Source: Monocercomonoides exilis PA203
Lineage: Eukaryota > Protista > Preaxostyla
Assembly: GCA_001643675.2 (NCBI GenBank)
Contig: LSRY02000002.1
Coordinates: 1,612,001-1,676,000 of the forward strand
DNA length: 64,000 bases
Direction of reading: 5' to 3'
Position 1 is the first letter of the stretch. Each line of letters begins with the position of its first letter. Shown here in pieces: positions 25,731-37,800 of this stretch. The position numbers and the translations under genes are program-made. The notes under the pieces are model-generated. The model had not been told where the DNA came from and made no database searches. It saw only the letters and a program-made list of their open reading frames with translations.

Positions 25731-25973
25731 AAGAATATGTGGATTATTTTGACAAATCAACGCAAGTCAAGAAAAGATTCAACAAAGATAATAATGAAGA
25801 TAATGATAGCTTTTCAGAAAAAAAAAAAAAAGAAGAAGATGAGAAAGAAGAGATCGTTTACAAGAACTTCCAAAAATATAACACAGTCAGTATGATTAAC
25901 CGAATTTGCACTCAACAATTACAAATGCATTTGCATAAAGAGTGCATAATTATCAATGTCAGCCATTGTACAC

Positions 25974-28900
25974 TCAGTTATTTGAAGAAGGATACACCAG
26001 CTGAATCTCAGACGGGTGATTAGGTGATGCTTCAAATGAAGCGGACGAGTCTTGTGCAGACAAAGTAGTGTCTTCTTCTGTGCTCGAACTCATTCCAGGA
26101 GAAAACACAGCCAAAAGCGGAGAAATAGAAGAGGATGAGTTGGAGCTCTGCGGGGCTGAAGCACCCTGCGAACTGTGGGTTTTCTCAGTCTTATTACACA
26201 GAGAAGGAGACATCGGCATCAAAGGAGAGGTTCTGGACGAGGCACAAGAGCTGGCTAGCTGGGAGCTGCGGGGAAGCAGAGGAGACGGGGAATTGGACGA
26301 GGAGGACATGTTTGAAGGAGAAGAAGAGGTGAATGTGGAGGTTGGGGTTCCAGGCAGAGGAGGAGAGGAGGAGAAAGGATCGACGACTGAACACTCCGTT
26401 GAGTGCTCGCTTTTCTCCAGATAGTCCGATGAGTCCTCGTTGCTTGCACTGGGCAGAACAACAGAAGCAGCAGAAATTGCAGTGTTTGTAATGAGCGGAG
26501 AGAAAGAGAGGGAATGGAAGTGGGCGTGCTGCTGGGAATGGTGATTGCCTGTTAAATGAGAAGATGAATGAGACAAATGCAATTCCGAATTAGAGAGCTG
26601 AGATGGAGTGGAAGAAGAAGAAGAGGAGGAGGATGATGAGGAAGAAGAAGAGGAAGAAGGGGGAGAAGGAGAAGAAGCATCAGAAGGAGAAGAAGAAGAA
26701 ACAGCAGCCTTGCAGTGGGACGAGTGATGAGAAAAAGAAGCCAACGAAATTCCAGAGAACAGAGAGTAATGATGCGGATAGATCAAGTTCGGGTCTGAAT
26801 GGACGGATGGCACGTTCGATTTCCCATTGAATCCCTTTGGGCTCTGCACAGCAGTCGACACAGCAGACGCATCTGGATTGATGTTGAATGACAAAGAATA
26901 TGCTGCTTCCCTGTTCTCCTTCACTGAAAGCGTGGCAGTTCTGTTTTCATCCTCAGTGCTTTCCTTTGGAGTGTTCACAAATGAACAGCTTTCACTTGCT
27001 GTGTTTTGGTCAGAGGAAACGAACGGCTCAGAAGGCATTGGAAAATCGCTTTCTTTGCCATTTTCCTTTTGGCCAGCATTCGAAGAGCTGCTGAAGATGT
27101 TGTCGAAGCGCAGGAAAAGCTTAGGAGAAGGACCCGCCGAAGGCTCAGCCACAAGAGGAGGGGTGAAGTGAAGGGAAGGCTCGAGATAGGAATCTGAGTT
27201 GTCTTGCTGAAACGACAGGAATGAAGGCTCATGTGAGACAGGCTGTGTGCCATTTGATGAAGTATTTGAATTGTTTGTGTTAGCATTAGCATTAGTATGA
27301 GTATTTGCATTAGAATTAACATTACTATCTGTGTTGGTATTAGTGTTAGTGTTAGTGTTAGTATTAGCATTGATATTTGTATTAGTATTAGTGCTTGCTG
27401 ATTGATTATCGGACACTGAGCAAGAAGATGAGCGAGCGTGCTGGCTGTCGAGGCAGAGCGACGACTCCGCCGCAGGAGAAAGAGATGCTTCTGCTGCAGA
27501 CTGCCCTTCGCTGCTGTGGGCATGGGCAAAAGTGGGGAAGGAGCTGTATGAAGAGAGACGAGGGATCAGAAGCGGCGACGAAAACATCGTCTTTGGTGTT
27601 GTTGAGGAAAGCGGGGTTAAAGCAGCTGCTTCGATGTGTGTCTGCTTCTTCTGTGGAGACAGCTGGAATGACGAGCAGATCGGCAGAGATGAGGCAGAGC
27701 GTGAATGAAATATTTCTGCCTGTCTTCTCTCGCTCGGCGGGTCAGTCATCCGCCCCACGATACTCAGCTGCTTTTGCATCTTCTGCATCTTCTGGGTCTT
27801 CTGTGTCTTTTGTTCCTTCTGCTTGTTTTCCTCAAACGACTGGAAAGATTGAGAATTCCCATCAAAGTTCTTTTTCTTCTGAAGCTCTTTCTCTTTTGCC
27901 TCATTTGTTGTTTGTGAGTTTCCCTGATTACTGATTGGTTTGCCAGCGTCCGACATCCAAAAATTTTGGTTTTGTTGCTTCATTTCATCTGATTGCCGAT
28001 ATTCTTCTCCCTTTTGATCTGAATTATCATGCTCTGCACTTTCTGTTTCTGTATCATCTTCATCAATTCCATTGTTATTTGCCTTCTTGCCAACCACTTT
28101 TGTACGACCAGATTCATTCTGATCAAACTTATTCCGTGATCCATTATGCATTTCATTCATCAGCGCAGCCACTTCCTGTTCCAGTCCTTCCTGCTTCCCT
28201 GAATCGCTCGTGTCAGATGACCCCAGCTCCTCCTGTGGACTGTGAGCTGCTCTTTTGCTCTTCTCTGAATGGCCCTCAGCAAACGAAGTCTCCTCTGACG
28301 AAGTCGTCGTCTCAGAGGACGATGCATTGTGTGGCGTGTGTCTGGCCAGCGATGTTTCTGAGGCAGATGTCTGGTCTCTGTCGTAGCGGGAGCCGTGAGA
28401 GGGAGATGGCGAAGGAGAGGAAGATGTGCTGAGCAGCGTGGAAGACGTGGTGTCCATCGTCGACGAGGCCGTGGTGCTGAAGGAGCCATCCGTGAATGAG
28501 TCAGGTGAGGCAGAAGAGCGCGGGGTGAGGGAGTATGAGCAGATGGAAGACGAGGTTGAGGAGAAGACAGAGAACGAGTTGCGCGAAGAGACAGGGGAGA
28601 TGGCGCCAGACTCCGGACGAGAGGGAGATAAGCAAGGATTGTCGCTGGTTGGCTCCAAATGCGCAGACAAGAAGAAGGTCGGAGCTTCCACGTCTTTCAG
28701 AAGAGGGCGCTGAAGCACAGGGGCAGAAGGGAATGAGGATTGAGTGTCATTGGAGATGTCGAGGTCGATGGCGTGTGGAGAGTGCGAAGGGGCTGGGGGA
28801 TAAGCAGAGAACATCGGAGAGAAAGGTAGAGAAGGCAAGGAAGTGGCGGGAAAGGCTGTTGTGGATGTTGCAGCTGTTGCTGTAGCTGCAGATTGAGCTG

Positions 28901-31900
28901 AAAAAGAAGAGGAAGAAGCAGACATTTGGTTCGTGGGATTATTGGAAGAAGCAGATGAGGAGTTTGATGATTGATATATCATTGGTTGTTGCACTTGACT
29001 TGCTATCAATGGATCGATTAGCTGTGGATTTCCCAGCAATGCTGCCATATCCTTTTCAGATGAATTCATTTGGGCTAATTTCTGAGCCTCTGCCTGGAAT
29101 GCAACAGAAATTTGAGAGGAATCAGAAGAAACAGAAACAGAAGCAGCAGTAGTAACAGAAGAAGAGGAAGAAGAGGAAGAAAGAGAAGCAGTAGTTGAAG
29201 ATATTGGTGAGGAAGATGAAGGAAAGATTGGCAAGGCATGCAAATCAAACTGGGTTTGCTGAGTTAACTGAGAGGAAGATGGAATGGATGGAGAAAGAGG
29301 CATTCCAGAAACAGAAACAGAACTAGGGGCAGACAATGCTGATGAAGACAAAGAAGCAGAAGCAGAAGTGGCTAAAGAGGAAGAGGAAGAGGAAGGAGAA
29401 GTAGTAGTAGTAGTAGAAGAGGATGATGATGATGAAGAAGCTGCTGAAGAAGCAGGAATATATTGAATGCCAGCATGATTTGAAACAGGCTGAGCAGCAG
29501 ATGATGACTGCATTGCGTATGAGGCAGAAGGCATGACACTTGTGTCAACAGAAGGCGGAAAGAGCACCTGAGACGAATCAGATTGTGTTTGAATGGGATG
29601 CTGTTGGATGTCTGATTGGTATGAAGGAGAAGAAGAGCTGGTTTGAGAGAAGAGAGGAGGTTGGGTGTGTGAAGGAAACAATGAAGCAAAATGAGGAGAA
29701 GATGTGGTGGAATATGTGGAAGGCATGGCAGGGGCAAGAGGTGGAAGGGTAGAAAATCCAATGGAAGAAGAAGAAGCAGTAGTAGAAGACGATAATGACG
29801 CGGATGATGCTGAAGAAGAAGATGATGATGATGAGGAAGAAGAAGAAGATGATGAGGAGGAAGAAGAAGAAGAAGAAGAAGAGAAGGAGGAGGATAATGG
29901 TGTGGAAGATGATGAATTTGGTGTTGGAGATAAGTTGAATGGATGCTCCAAAGAAGCAGCAGAAGAAACAGAAGAAGAAGAGGACGACAATGATAACATT
30001 GATGATGAAGCAGAAGATGATGGAAATGAATAGCTCTGTACTTGTGCAGATGCCAAAGGAGGAGGAGGAGCAGCAGGCAGAGAAGAAGAGGGGGACATTG
30101 AGAGAGGAGGAGAAAGAGAAAGTTGGCTGCTTCCAACAGATGCTGACTGATAAGTCGCTCCATTCTGTGTGTTTGTCTGATAGAAGGCAGAAGAAGAAGA
30201 AGAAGAAGTAGCAGAAGAAGAAGACTGATTGCCTGAAGAAGCCTGTGGCTGGTGTGAATAGGAAAAGAAAGGCTGATAGAGAGGGAGAGGGCAGGAGATG
30301 GAAGGCTTGTTTGGAGCATAATTGGTGTTAGGTGAAGTGCGCATGTTTGAAGCAGCAGAAGATGTTGCAGCAGGAGGGGGAGGAGGAAGAGATGGAGGGG
30401 GAGGAGGAGGTGGTGGTGGAGGAGGAGCTAATGATAAGCCAGATGGGTTCATAGTGTTTGCATTCATATTGCTGGTGTTATTATTATTATTATTATTGTT
30501 ATTATTCTGTAAATACATCTCTCTTTGCATTGCATTGCCATTTTGAGCATAGACACTTGTCTGAGGCTGTGTTAAATGTGGAGTAGAAGAGGAAGAGGAA
30601 GAGGAAGAAGAAGAAATTGGAGAGCCAGTTGGTGATATATTCGAAGCGATGGGAGAAGAAGAGCCACGAAGAGAAGATGCAACTGCTGTGTTGGGTCTGC
30701 GGGAATAAGGAATGACTGAAGCAGATGAAGAAAGAGGGAGGCTATTCGGAGAATGTGATTGATTGGAAGAAGAATGGATCTGCCCTTTTATTGGCGTGTA
30801 TGCTGGAGAAGATGAAGGAGGAAGACCAGTGCTGTGATAAGAAGGTGGATTAGAGTCTGAATTGAGTTTAGACAGAGGCTGGTTGGAAGCAGAAGTAGCA
30901 ACAGAAGAAGAATAAGAAGAAGGTGATGCAGAAGACGATGAAGAAGAAGCAGAAGAAGCCGAAGAAGCAGACGATGATGATGCACCGCTGTAACTCCAGG
31001 AGATAGAGGAGATGGTGGAGAGGTTGGACTGCAGAGAAATTGGCTGTCCGATGCTTCGCTCAGACTGGCGCTTGACAGAAGAAGAGTTGCTTTCTCTTCT
31101 TTTGGAGGAGGTGTAGTGGTTGGAGCGGCGCTTGCGGTTAGTGCGGGAATGGCTCACTACATCAAACATGCCCAGATCAAGTGACTCATCGATGGAGAGA
31201 TTGCGAGACTCGGAGGAGGAGGAGGAAGAAGAGGAAGAAGAAGATGATGAGGAAGAGGAAGAAGAGGAGGAGGAAGAGGAATAAGAAGAAGACGAATCAG
31301 CAAACGGAATGGCAAGAGCATTCTTGTTGTTTGCGATGGACATTTCGATCGATCTGAGGAAAGGAAGAGAGAAAGATGGGGAATCGCTTTCAGAGTATGT
31401 GAAGTTGTGGAACAGCTGGTCATCTTCTCTTTCGCTCTTTGAAAAGACCGAAGGGGAGATTGAGTTGTGTGGAGCATCTGAATGCTGAGAGGTATTTGAA
31501 GTGGAAGATGAAGAAGAGGAAGAGGAAGAAGAAGAAGAAGAAGATCCATCTTGTGTAGAATCGTTTGAAGAAGAGGAAGTAGAAGGCATGCCTGATGAGA
31601 GAGATAGAGGAGAAGAATGGGGCGACGTGGCAAAGGAGAAGTTCTCCTGGAAGGAAGACAAAGAAAGTGCATCGAATTTGGGGAGGTCTGACAAACTGAA
31701 CACGACAGGGCGTGAGGGAGCAGCAGGCATTGTGAGCTTGATCTTCCGGAGTGGAGGGGGATGAAGCACAAGAGGAGAGGATGGCACAAGAAGAGACTCA
31801 TCCTCGTCCTTTTCAGAGAGAACAGATAGCGTGCTGAATGAAGTGGAGGCGGAAGAGGAAGAGGAAGAAGCAGTTGGGAAGTCATACAGAGGAGAAGGAG

Positions 31901-34160
31901 AAGATGACAGAGATACTGATGATGATGTAGAAGAAGAAGAAGAAGATGCTGATGAAGACAAAGACGATGAAGTCGAAGAAGACGATTCCAATGGAGATGC
32001 TGACAGAGCATGTGTTACGCGTTTGTGTGCTTCTGCTGAGTATGGGATAGACGCTGGCATAGAAATGGCATCTGAACAGAAATAGTTGTGATTGAGGAAT
32101 TCATTCTGATACATGTTTTCTGCTTTGGGGAGCTCAGTGGTCTTCTCATCAGCCTTTGGCTGCTTAGAGAGCGAAGCAATGGCTCGAGAAAGCAGTCCAG
32201 ATGGAGGAATGCCACCAGAAGGAGGAGGAGAAGGAGGAGGAGAAGGGGACTTTGTGCGGTGGGAAGAGGCAGAGCGCTCAGAAGCAGGCGGGTTGGTGAC
32301 TTCTGAAGCAACAGAGGAGACAGAAGACTGGAGAGAAGACTCAGAGGAAAGATATGAATGAGAAGAAGAGTATGACGACGATGATGAGGAGGATGAGGAG
32401 GATGAAGAGGAAGAGGAAGAGGAAGAAGAAGATGAAGACGAATCAGAAGAAGAGGAAAAGATTGACTGTGCATCAATTGTGAACCCAGTCAATGGGAATG
32501 GGGTCAATGGATATTTTGGTATGCGAGTCATTCCAGGGAGTTTCTGAGGAGGAGGAGGAGGAGCGGATGCAGCTTGCTCTGCAAACACCGAATAAGAAGA
32601 AAGCGCTTGGACTGTTTTGGCAGCAGCAGAAGGATAAGAGGCAAACGAGGCTGTGTGAGGAGAAGGAGGCATCTTGCGGGCAGAGGTGGTTGGATATGAC
32701 GTGGGAGATGTAGGTGATGTGGGAATAGAAAGTGTAGTTGTGTGTGAAGGAGATTGGGATTGGGATTGAGACTGAGATTGAGAGTGGAACAGAGGAGATG
32801 ACACATTTGCCTGGGGATGAGGAGGCTGAAGATGGCCAGACATATATGCTGGATTCATACCACCACTGCTACTGCTGTTGCTGTTGCTGTTGGTGTTGCT
32901 GAGATAACTGCCTCTGTTCTGATGGATGGATGGTGAATTTTGCTGAGGCGAGGGTAATGGTGCATTAGAAGGCGATGGAATAGCACGATACACTGGCGGT
33001 GGCTGAGTCGGCTGGATGAACGAAGCGACCGGAACCTGAAGGGAAGGCATACGAACTGCTGGAGGGTTGCCTGGTTGAGCAGTGAATTTTGGGGCAGGTG
33101 GTGTTTGTGCTATTGGTGAGGGAGCATATTGATACGAGGGATATGCAGGAGCACCAGATGGAGCTGCTGAAAGATCACGGCGTGGGTTTATATACTGCCC
33201 ATAGGCGTATGGTCCCGAATTAAAATTTGGAGGCTGTTGTAGTGGGACAGCAGACGAATGAGAGGCGACGGGCTGAGGAGATAAATACATTGGCTTGAAA
33301 CTTCCTTGCTGAGGATACAAATGAGTATTTTGACTCTGAACAATGTTTGGCGGTGGCATTGCAAAAGTTCGATTTTGTTGAAGATGCCCAGGCGCATAGG
33401 GATATTGAGCTTGGCTCTGAGCAGCGCTTATTGAATTTTGCATTCCATCTGCCATTGTGAAATGATTAACAGGTAAAACGGTATCTCGTATTTCCCGATC
33501 ATGCTTCAGTTCTCGTTCATGAAGGTCATTTTTTGAAATATCCTCAATTTGATTATCATTATGAGCAAGTTGATTTTTTGATGATTTATTTTCGTCAGTT
33601 TGCGCATATCGCACAAGAAGAGGCGGAAAAGCTTTATGAAGCTTTTTCCCATTCATTTCTTGAATTGCTTTTTTAGCATCATCCAATGTTTTGAATTTTA
33701 CAAAACCAACTTGCCTCGCTGTTTGCGTTTGACGATCGATCATCACCTTTACACCTTCAATCTCTCCAAATTTATCAAAAAGCGAAATAAGTTTTTCCTC
33801 TGTTGTATCTGGTAAAAGCGGTTTCACATATAAATTTCGGTTTGGTGTTGTAAAAGAATCAGTAGGTGGCATGTTTGAATATTTTACAAGCAAAGTCTTC
33901 CCACTTAAACGCTTTCTATCCATCTCAGCTTTTGCAATTTTTGCACTTTCCTCGCTTTCAAATCTAACAAAGCCATAACCAAGGCTTTCTCCTGTACGAT
34001 CGTTTCTCATAACCTTCGATGAAACAACATTTCCATATTGTTGAAATAACTCTTTTAAATTAAGATCTGTGTAATCAGACGGCAAAAACTTAACAAACAA
34101 ATTGAATGGATCAATTTGCCTGTGAGAGTCGTCAGCCGCTTGTGATTGTAACGGATCCAT
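25974..34160 (-). CDS. ELAV/Hu-like two-RRM RNA-binding protein with about 2500 aa of Ser/Pro/Gln-rich low-complexity tail
   Basis: RNP motifs NLFVKFL/SLGYGFVRF and NLYVKPL/RQVGFVKF in the first 190 aa of a single uninterrupted 2728-codon ORF. Confidence 0.85.
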   Translation of the reverse strand: MDPLQSQAADDSHRQIDPFNLFVKFLPSDYTDLNLKELFQQYGNVVSSKVMRNDRTGESLGYGFVRFESEESAKIAKAEMDRKRLSGKTLLVKYSNMPPTDSFTTPNRNLYVKPLLPDTTEEKLISLFDKFGEIEGVKVMIDRQTQTARQVGFVKFKTLDDAKKAIQEMNGKKLHKAFPPLLVRYAQTDENKSSKNQLAHNDNQIEDISKNDLHERELKHDREIRDTVLPVNHFTMADGMQNSISAAQSQAQYPYAPGHLQQNRTFAMPPPNIVQSQNTHLYPQQGSFKPMYLSPQPVASHSSAVPLQQPPNFNSGPYAYGQYINPRRDLSAAPSGAPAYPSYQYAPSPIAQTPPAPKFTAQPGNPPAVRMPSLQVPVASFIQPTQPPPVYRAIPSPSNAPLPSPQQNSPSIHQNRGSYLSNTNSNSNSSSSGGMNPAYMSGHLQPPHPQANVSSPLFHSQSQSQSQSQSPSHTTTLSIPTSPTSPTSYPTTSARKMPPSPHTASFASYPSAAAKTVQALSSYSVFAEQAASAPPPPPQKLPGMTRIPKYPLTPFPLTGFTIDAQSIFSSSSDSSSSSSSSSSSSSSSSSSSSSSSYSSSHSYLSSESSLQSSVSSVASEVTNPPASERSASSHRTKSPSPPPSPPPSGGIPPSGLLSRAIASLSKQPKADEKTTELPKAENMYQNEFLNHNYFCSDAISMPASIPYSAEAHKRVTHALSASPLESSSSTSSSLSSSASSSSSSTSSSVSLSSSPSPLYDFPTASSSSSSASTSFSTLSVLSEKDEDESLLVPSSPLVLHPPPLRKIKLTMPAAPSRPVVFSLSDLPKFDALSLSSFQENFSFATSPHSSPLSLSSGMPSTSSSSNDSTQDGSSSSSSSSSSSSSSTSNTSQHSDAPHNSISPSVFSKSEREDDQLFHNFTYSESDSPSFSLPFLRSIEMSIANNKNALAIPFADSSSSYSSSSSSSSSSSSSSSSSSSSSSSESRNLSIDESLDLGMFDVVSHSRTNRKRRSNHYTSSKRRESNSSSVKRQSERSIGQPISLQSNLSTISSISWSYSGASSSSASSASSASSSSSSASPSSYSSSVATSASNQPLSKLNSDSNPPSYHSTGLPPSSSPAYTPIKGQIHSSSNQSHSPNSLPLSSSASVIPYSRRPNTAVASSLRGSSSPIASNISPTGSPISSSSSSSSSSTPHLTQPQTSVYAQNGNAMQREMYLQNNNNNNNNNNTSNMNANTMNPSGLSLAPPPPPPPPPPPSLPPPPPAATSSAASNMRTSPNTNYAPNKPSISCPLPLYQPFFSYSHQPQASSGNQSSSSATSSSSSSAFYQTNTQNGATYQSASVGSSQLSLSPPLSMSPSSSLPAAPPPPLASAQVQSYSFPSSSASSSMLSLSSSSSSVSSAASLEHPFNLSPTPNSSSSTPLSSSFSSSSSSSSSSSSSSSSSSSSSSSSASSASLSSSTTASSSSIGFSTLPPLAPAMPSTYSTTSSPHFASLFPSHTQPPLFSQTSSSSPSYQSDIQQHPIQTQSDSSQVLFPPSVDTSVMPSASYAMQSSSAAQPVSNHAGIQYIPASSAASSSSSSSSTTTTTSPSSSSSSLATSASASLSSSALSAPSSVSVSGMPLSPSIPSSSQLTQQTQFDLHALPIFPSSSSPISSTTASLSSSSSSSSVTTAASVSVSSDSSQISVAFQAEAQKLAQMNSSEKDMAALLGNPQLIDPLIASQVQQPMIYQSSNSSSASSNNPTNQMSASSSSFSAQSAATATAATSTTAFPATSLPSLPFSPMFSAYPPAPSHSPHAIDLDISNDTQSSFPSAPVLQRPLLKDVEAPTFFLSAHLEPTSDNPCLSPSRPESGAISPVSSRNSFSVFSSTSSSICSYSLTPRSSASPDSFTDGSFSTTASSTMDTTSSTLLSTSSSPSPSPSHGSRYDRDQTSASETSLARHTPHNASSSETTTSSEETSFAEGHSEKSKRAAHSPQEELGSSDTSDSGKQEGLEQEVAALMNEMHNGSRNKFDQNESGRTKVVGKKANNNGIDEDDTETESAEHDNSDQKGEEYRQSDEMKQQNQNFWMSDAGKPISNQGNSQTTNEAKEKELQKKKNFDGNSQSFQSFEENKQKEQKTQKTQKMQKMQKQLSIVGRMTDPPSERRQAEIFHSRSASSLPICSSFQLSPQKKQTHIEAAALTPLSSTTPKTMFSSPLLIPRLSSYSSFPTFAHAHSSEGQSAAEASLSPAAESSLCLDSQHARSSSCSVSDNQSASTNTNTNINANTNTNTNTNTNTDSNVNSNANTHTNANANTNNSNTSSNGTQPVSHEPSFLSFQQDNSDSYLEPSLHFTPPLVAEPSAGPSPKLFLRFDNIFSSSSNAGQKENGKESDFPMPSEPFVSSDQNTASESCSFVNTPKESTEDENRTATLSVKENREAAYSLSFNINPDASAVSTAVQSPKGFNGKSNVPSVHSDPNLIYPHHYSLFSGISLASFSHHSSHCKAAVSSSSPSDASSPSPPSSSSSSSSSSSSSSSSTPSQLSNSELHLSHSSSHLTGNHHSQQHAHFHSLSFSPLITNTAISAASVVLPSASNEDSSDYLEKSEHSTECSVVDPFSSSPPLPGTPTSTFTSSSPSNMSSSSNSPSPLLPRSSQLASSCASSRTSPLMPMSPSLCNKTEKTHSSQGASAPQSSNSSSSISPLLAVFSPGMSSSTEEDTTLSAQDSSASFEASPNHPSEIQLVYPSSNN

Positions 34161-34848
34161 TCGGATAATTCTTTGTATATTTGAATTGATAAATGGAAAA
34201 CGTTCTATTCGCTAAAAGTGCTTATTTTGATGCATGTATGGGTAGATCAAAAAAGAAGGAAATTCATTATTCGTAACAATATTCATCTTTTTTAAATCAC
34301 AAAATTGATTTTAAGAATATTTTGCAAACAATAAAGAACTGTAAGCAAGCTTGATTCTAAGCATAGAAATTAACGAATAATCAAAATTAAGATCCAATTT
34401 TTTTTTTAAAAAAATAATTCTTTGATGTGATAATCCTTTCCGAAAAATACATGTCCTGCATATTTCCAAAAGTTAACTTTGATTTATTTCTTGCAAAACA
34501 AAATTTGAGCTTAACGCTTTTCATGCATTTTTGTTAATACAAAAAAATCATTTCTTTAAATTTTCTAATTCAAAATCAAAAAATGAAAGTATTGGATATC
34601 AGAACACTGTTTTTTTATCTCAACATCGATGTTTAAATATAATCATCAATATTCCGAAGTCATAACAGAATTCGCGAATTAAACAAAAACATTTCAGATT
34701 TCAATAATTATATGCAAATTATTCGACAAAGTTTCTTTTACATTAACTTTTTCTTTCTGAAAAAATTCATTAATCTTGAAATCACCCGAAATAAAAAGAA
34801 AATAAATACGATATAACAACACTTTCATAGTAGCCTTTCATGCAAAAT

Positions 34849-37800
34849 TCAGCTTTTAACTCCAGAGAAAGAATCAAGGCGCTGATTAATTTTGCGAAGC
34901 GCAAGAAGCAAATGTGAGGAATCTTCATCAATGGCATCATTGTCTGACATTTCACCACTCATTTCATCTTCGCTATTCTCAATGCCCTTTAAAGGGACGA
35001 TCTTTTTCCTGGCTCCTTCTCTTTCATCATTGGAATAGTCAGAATATTCCATCACTGAATGCTCCGACGAATCAGATGCAATGCTATCTTCATAAAATGA
35101 GTTCGAAGTATTTCGAATTCCTCTCTTATAATTCAACTCGGCAAGTGATTTAGCAGCTGGAGTCCGACTTTTCCGCTTGTGAGATAGCTCGTGAGAATAT
35201 CTTCTGTGCATTTTGGATGAGTCCTGATTTATTTCATCTGTTGAAGAGTGGCGTGAAGATGGTAAATTAGAAGAGGGAGATGAAGCAATTGTTCTTAGCA
35301 TTTTTAGATGTGCTACAGTAGAAGACTTTTTGCGGGGAGAAGAATGAGAAGAATGATGTGCTGGATCAAAATAGGAAGACGATTTATGAGAGAGTCGATG
35401 TGCGTTTGTGGATGATGAATGTTCAGATTGAGAAGGATGTAGATGAGAATGAGAGGAAGAATGCGATTTAGATGGGAATTGAGTCTTTTGGTTTGTTGAA
35501 TGCTCAAAACGAGACTTATGTTTTGGAGAATCAAAATTATCTGAATTAAGTTCTGAAGACAATTGGGAAAGAGAAGATGAATCGATTGAATGCAATGAAA
35601 TGGATGGAGAACGAAATGAAGAGTCTGTGCCTGACTCAGAAATTGAAGTGTATCGAGAATGTTTTTTGGAGAAGGAACTTTTTGTATCATTTCGTGATTG
35701 TTTGCTATTTTGCTTAATTTCTGCTCTGCTTCGTTCTGTTTTATTCATTCTTTGCGTGTTTGAATGAGAGCGCTGAACGCTTTCAATGTCATTGTTGTAT
35801 TTATTGTGGTGATGATGGCGAGTTGCTTTGCTTGATGAACGAGAATGTTCATCATATTCAGAATTCATTTGTCTTTGCAGTGTTTGAGAGGGACCTTGTT
35901 CCATATCATAATCAGAATCATGTGTTGATGGATGTTTATGCATAGACGAAGATAGAAAACGAGAAGGAGGTAAGCTTCGAGATAACATTTCCTTTTCATT
36001 CATCCTTTTGTGATTCTTCTGATAATGTTCAGATGATTGCTCATTCTGTCTTTGATGTTTAGTTGAGTGCCTATTAATTGCCATATGCTGGTTTGTTGAA
36101 GCAGAGCGATTAAGATGCGAATGATGTGCATGCGAATGATTACTGTCAGGAGGTGATTGAGAGTCTTCTTGCGATGATGTGGAAATTGAAGACAATGCAG
36201 ATAAAGAAGATGATTGTGTGAAACGAGTTGAATCTGTGTCAGATGGAGAATGATGCTTTGTTCGGTGATAATGAGATGCAGAAGGAGAAAAAGGTGGGCT
36301 TGAAGAAGAAGAAGAGAGAGGTTTGTTTTCAAATGGCATTTGTTGTTGTTCTGTTGATATGCCTTTGTCAACATAATCAGCATCAGCATCAGCATCATCA
36401 TCCATTTCTTTGTTATTGCTCGAAAGAAAAACGGATTTTGAAACCGAACTGCTTAAATAAGTGTGCAAAGTGTTTGATGGATCTATTTCATTTTTTGCAA
36501 GGTATTCTTCATCCATTCCTTTAGAGGCATTTTCTTTCATCTTGTTTTGACTTCTTTTGATCATATTAGCTTCTTCCTCATCTTCAGTGGGCAAATTGTT
36601 CTGAGTGGTTTCATTCATTTTATTCCTCATTTTTTCTTCCTCCTCCATACTCTTTCTCTCCTCCTCTGCTTTCTTCTGCTCTTCTTCCAACTCTCTTTTG
36701 AGTCTTTCTTCTTCTTTCTTTCCCAATTCATATTCTTCTCTTTCTTCTTCCAGTTGTTTTGTTCTGGCTTCAATTTCCTGCTGAATGATTGCTTTTTGTT
36801 CAGCTAATTCGTCTCTCTCCTTTTTGACTTGTTCTTTCATTCCCCTTTCTTTCTCTCTTTTTTCTAATTTTTCTTGTTTTTGCTTTCGTTTCAATTCCAA
36901 TGCAGCTTTCTTTTCTTGTCTTTTCTTAATTCTTTCTTGTTCTGCTGCACTTTTCATTTTCATCTCCTCTTCTTTTCTCTTTTTCTCCTCTTTTTCTTTT
37001 GCTTCTTCTTTTTCTCGCCTTTCCGTTTCGTTTTGGATCAATTCATCCATTTCTTCTTTAGCTTTCTTTATTTTTGTCTGTAGCTCCCTCAAAAAATTAT
37101 TCAAACGATTGTTTTTCTCAATTTTCTGTTTCCGTTCATTTCTCATCTTTTCTTTTTCTTCTTCTTTCATTTGCTTCACTTCTCGTGCACTTTGTATTTC
37201 ACGTTGCGCCTCATCAACAGCATCTTCCATCTTCTTCTCTTTTAACTCTTTCTCTTCCACAGTCTTTCTCAGCAGCTCTTCCATTTCTTCAATCTCCTTC
37301 TTCTGCTTCTGAAGGCGCCCATCTCTTCTTTCCATTTCTGCTCTTTGCTTTTCTACTGCTTCTGCATTCTGCTTCTTCAGATTTTCAACTTCTCCTCGTT
37401 TCATCGCCACTTTTCCCAGAATTTCTCGTTCTCTGCCATCAAGCTCCGCTTTCATCAGCCTCAGCTTGTTTTCTTTGTTTGTGTTTGAGCTGGTTAGATT
37501 CCGAACCAACTCGTCCAATTCTTCTTTTTCCTTTTCAAGCGCCTCTTCTCTTTTTCGCTTCTCTTCTAACAATTTTTTGATTGCAACTTCTGCTTTCAGT
37601 TTTTCGCTTTCCATGTTGTCTTGCAATTCCTCCTTCACTCGCACCAACTCTTCCACTCTTTTCTCTTTCTTCTTCTTTCTTTCTTCTTCTTGAAGTTTCT
37701 TCTTTGTAACAGCCTTCAAGTATTCTTCTTCTTCCTCTTTCAATTTCTTCTCGGCTTCAACTTTTTTCTCATTCATCTCGTTCTGCTCCTTTTTGGTTCT

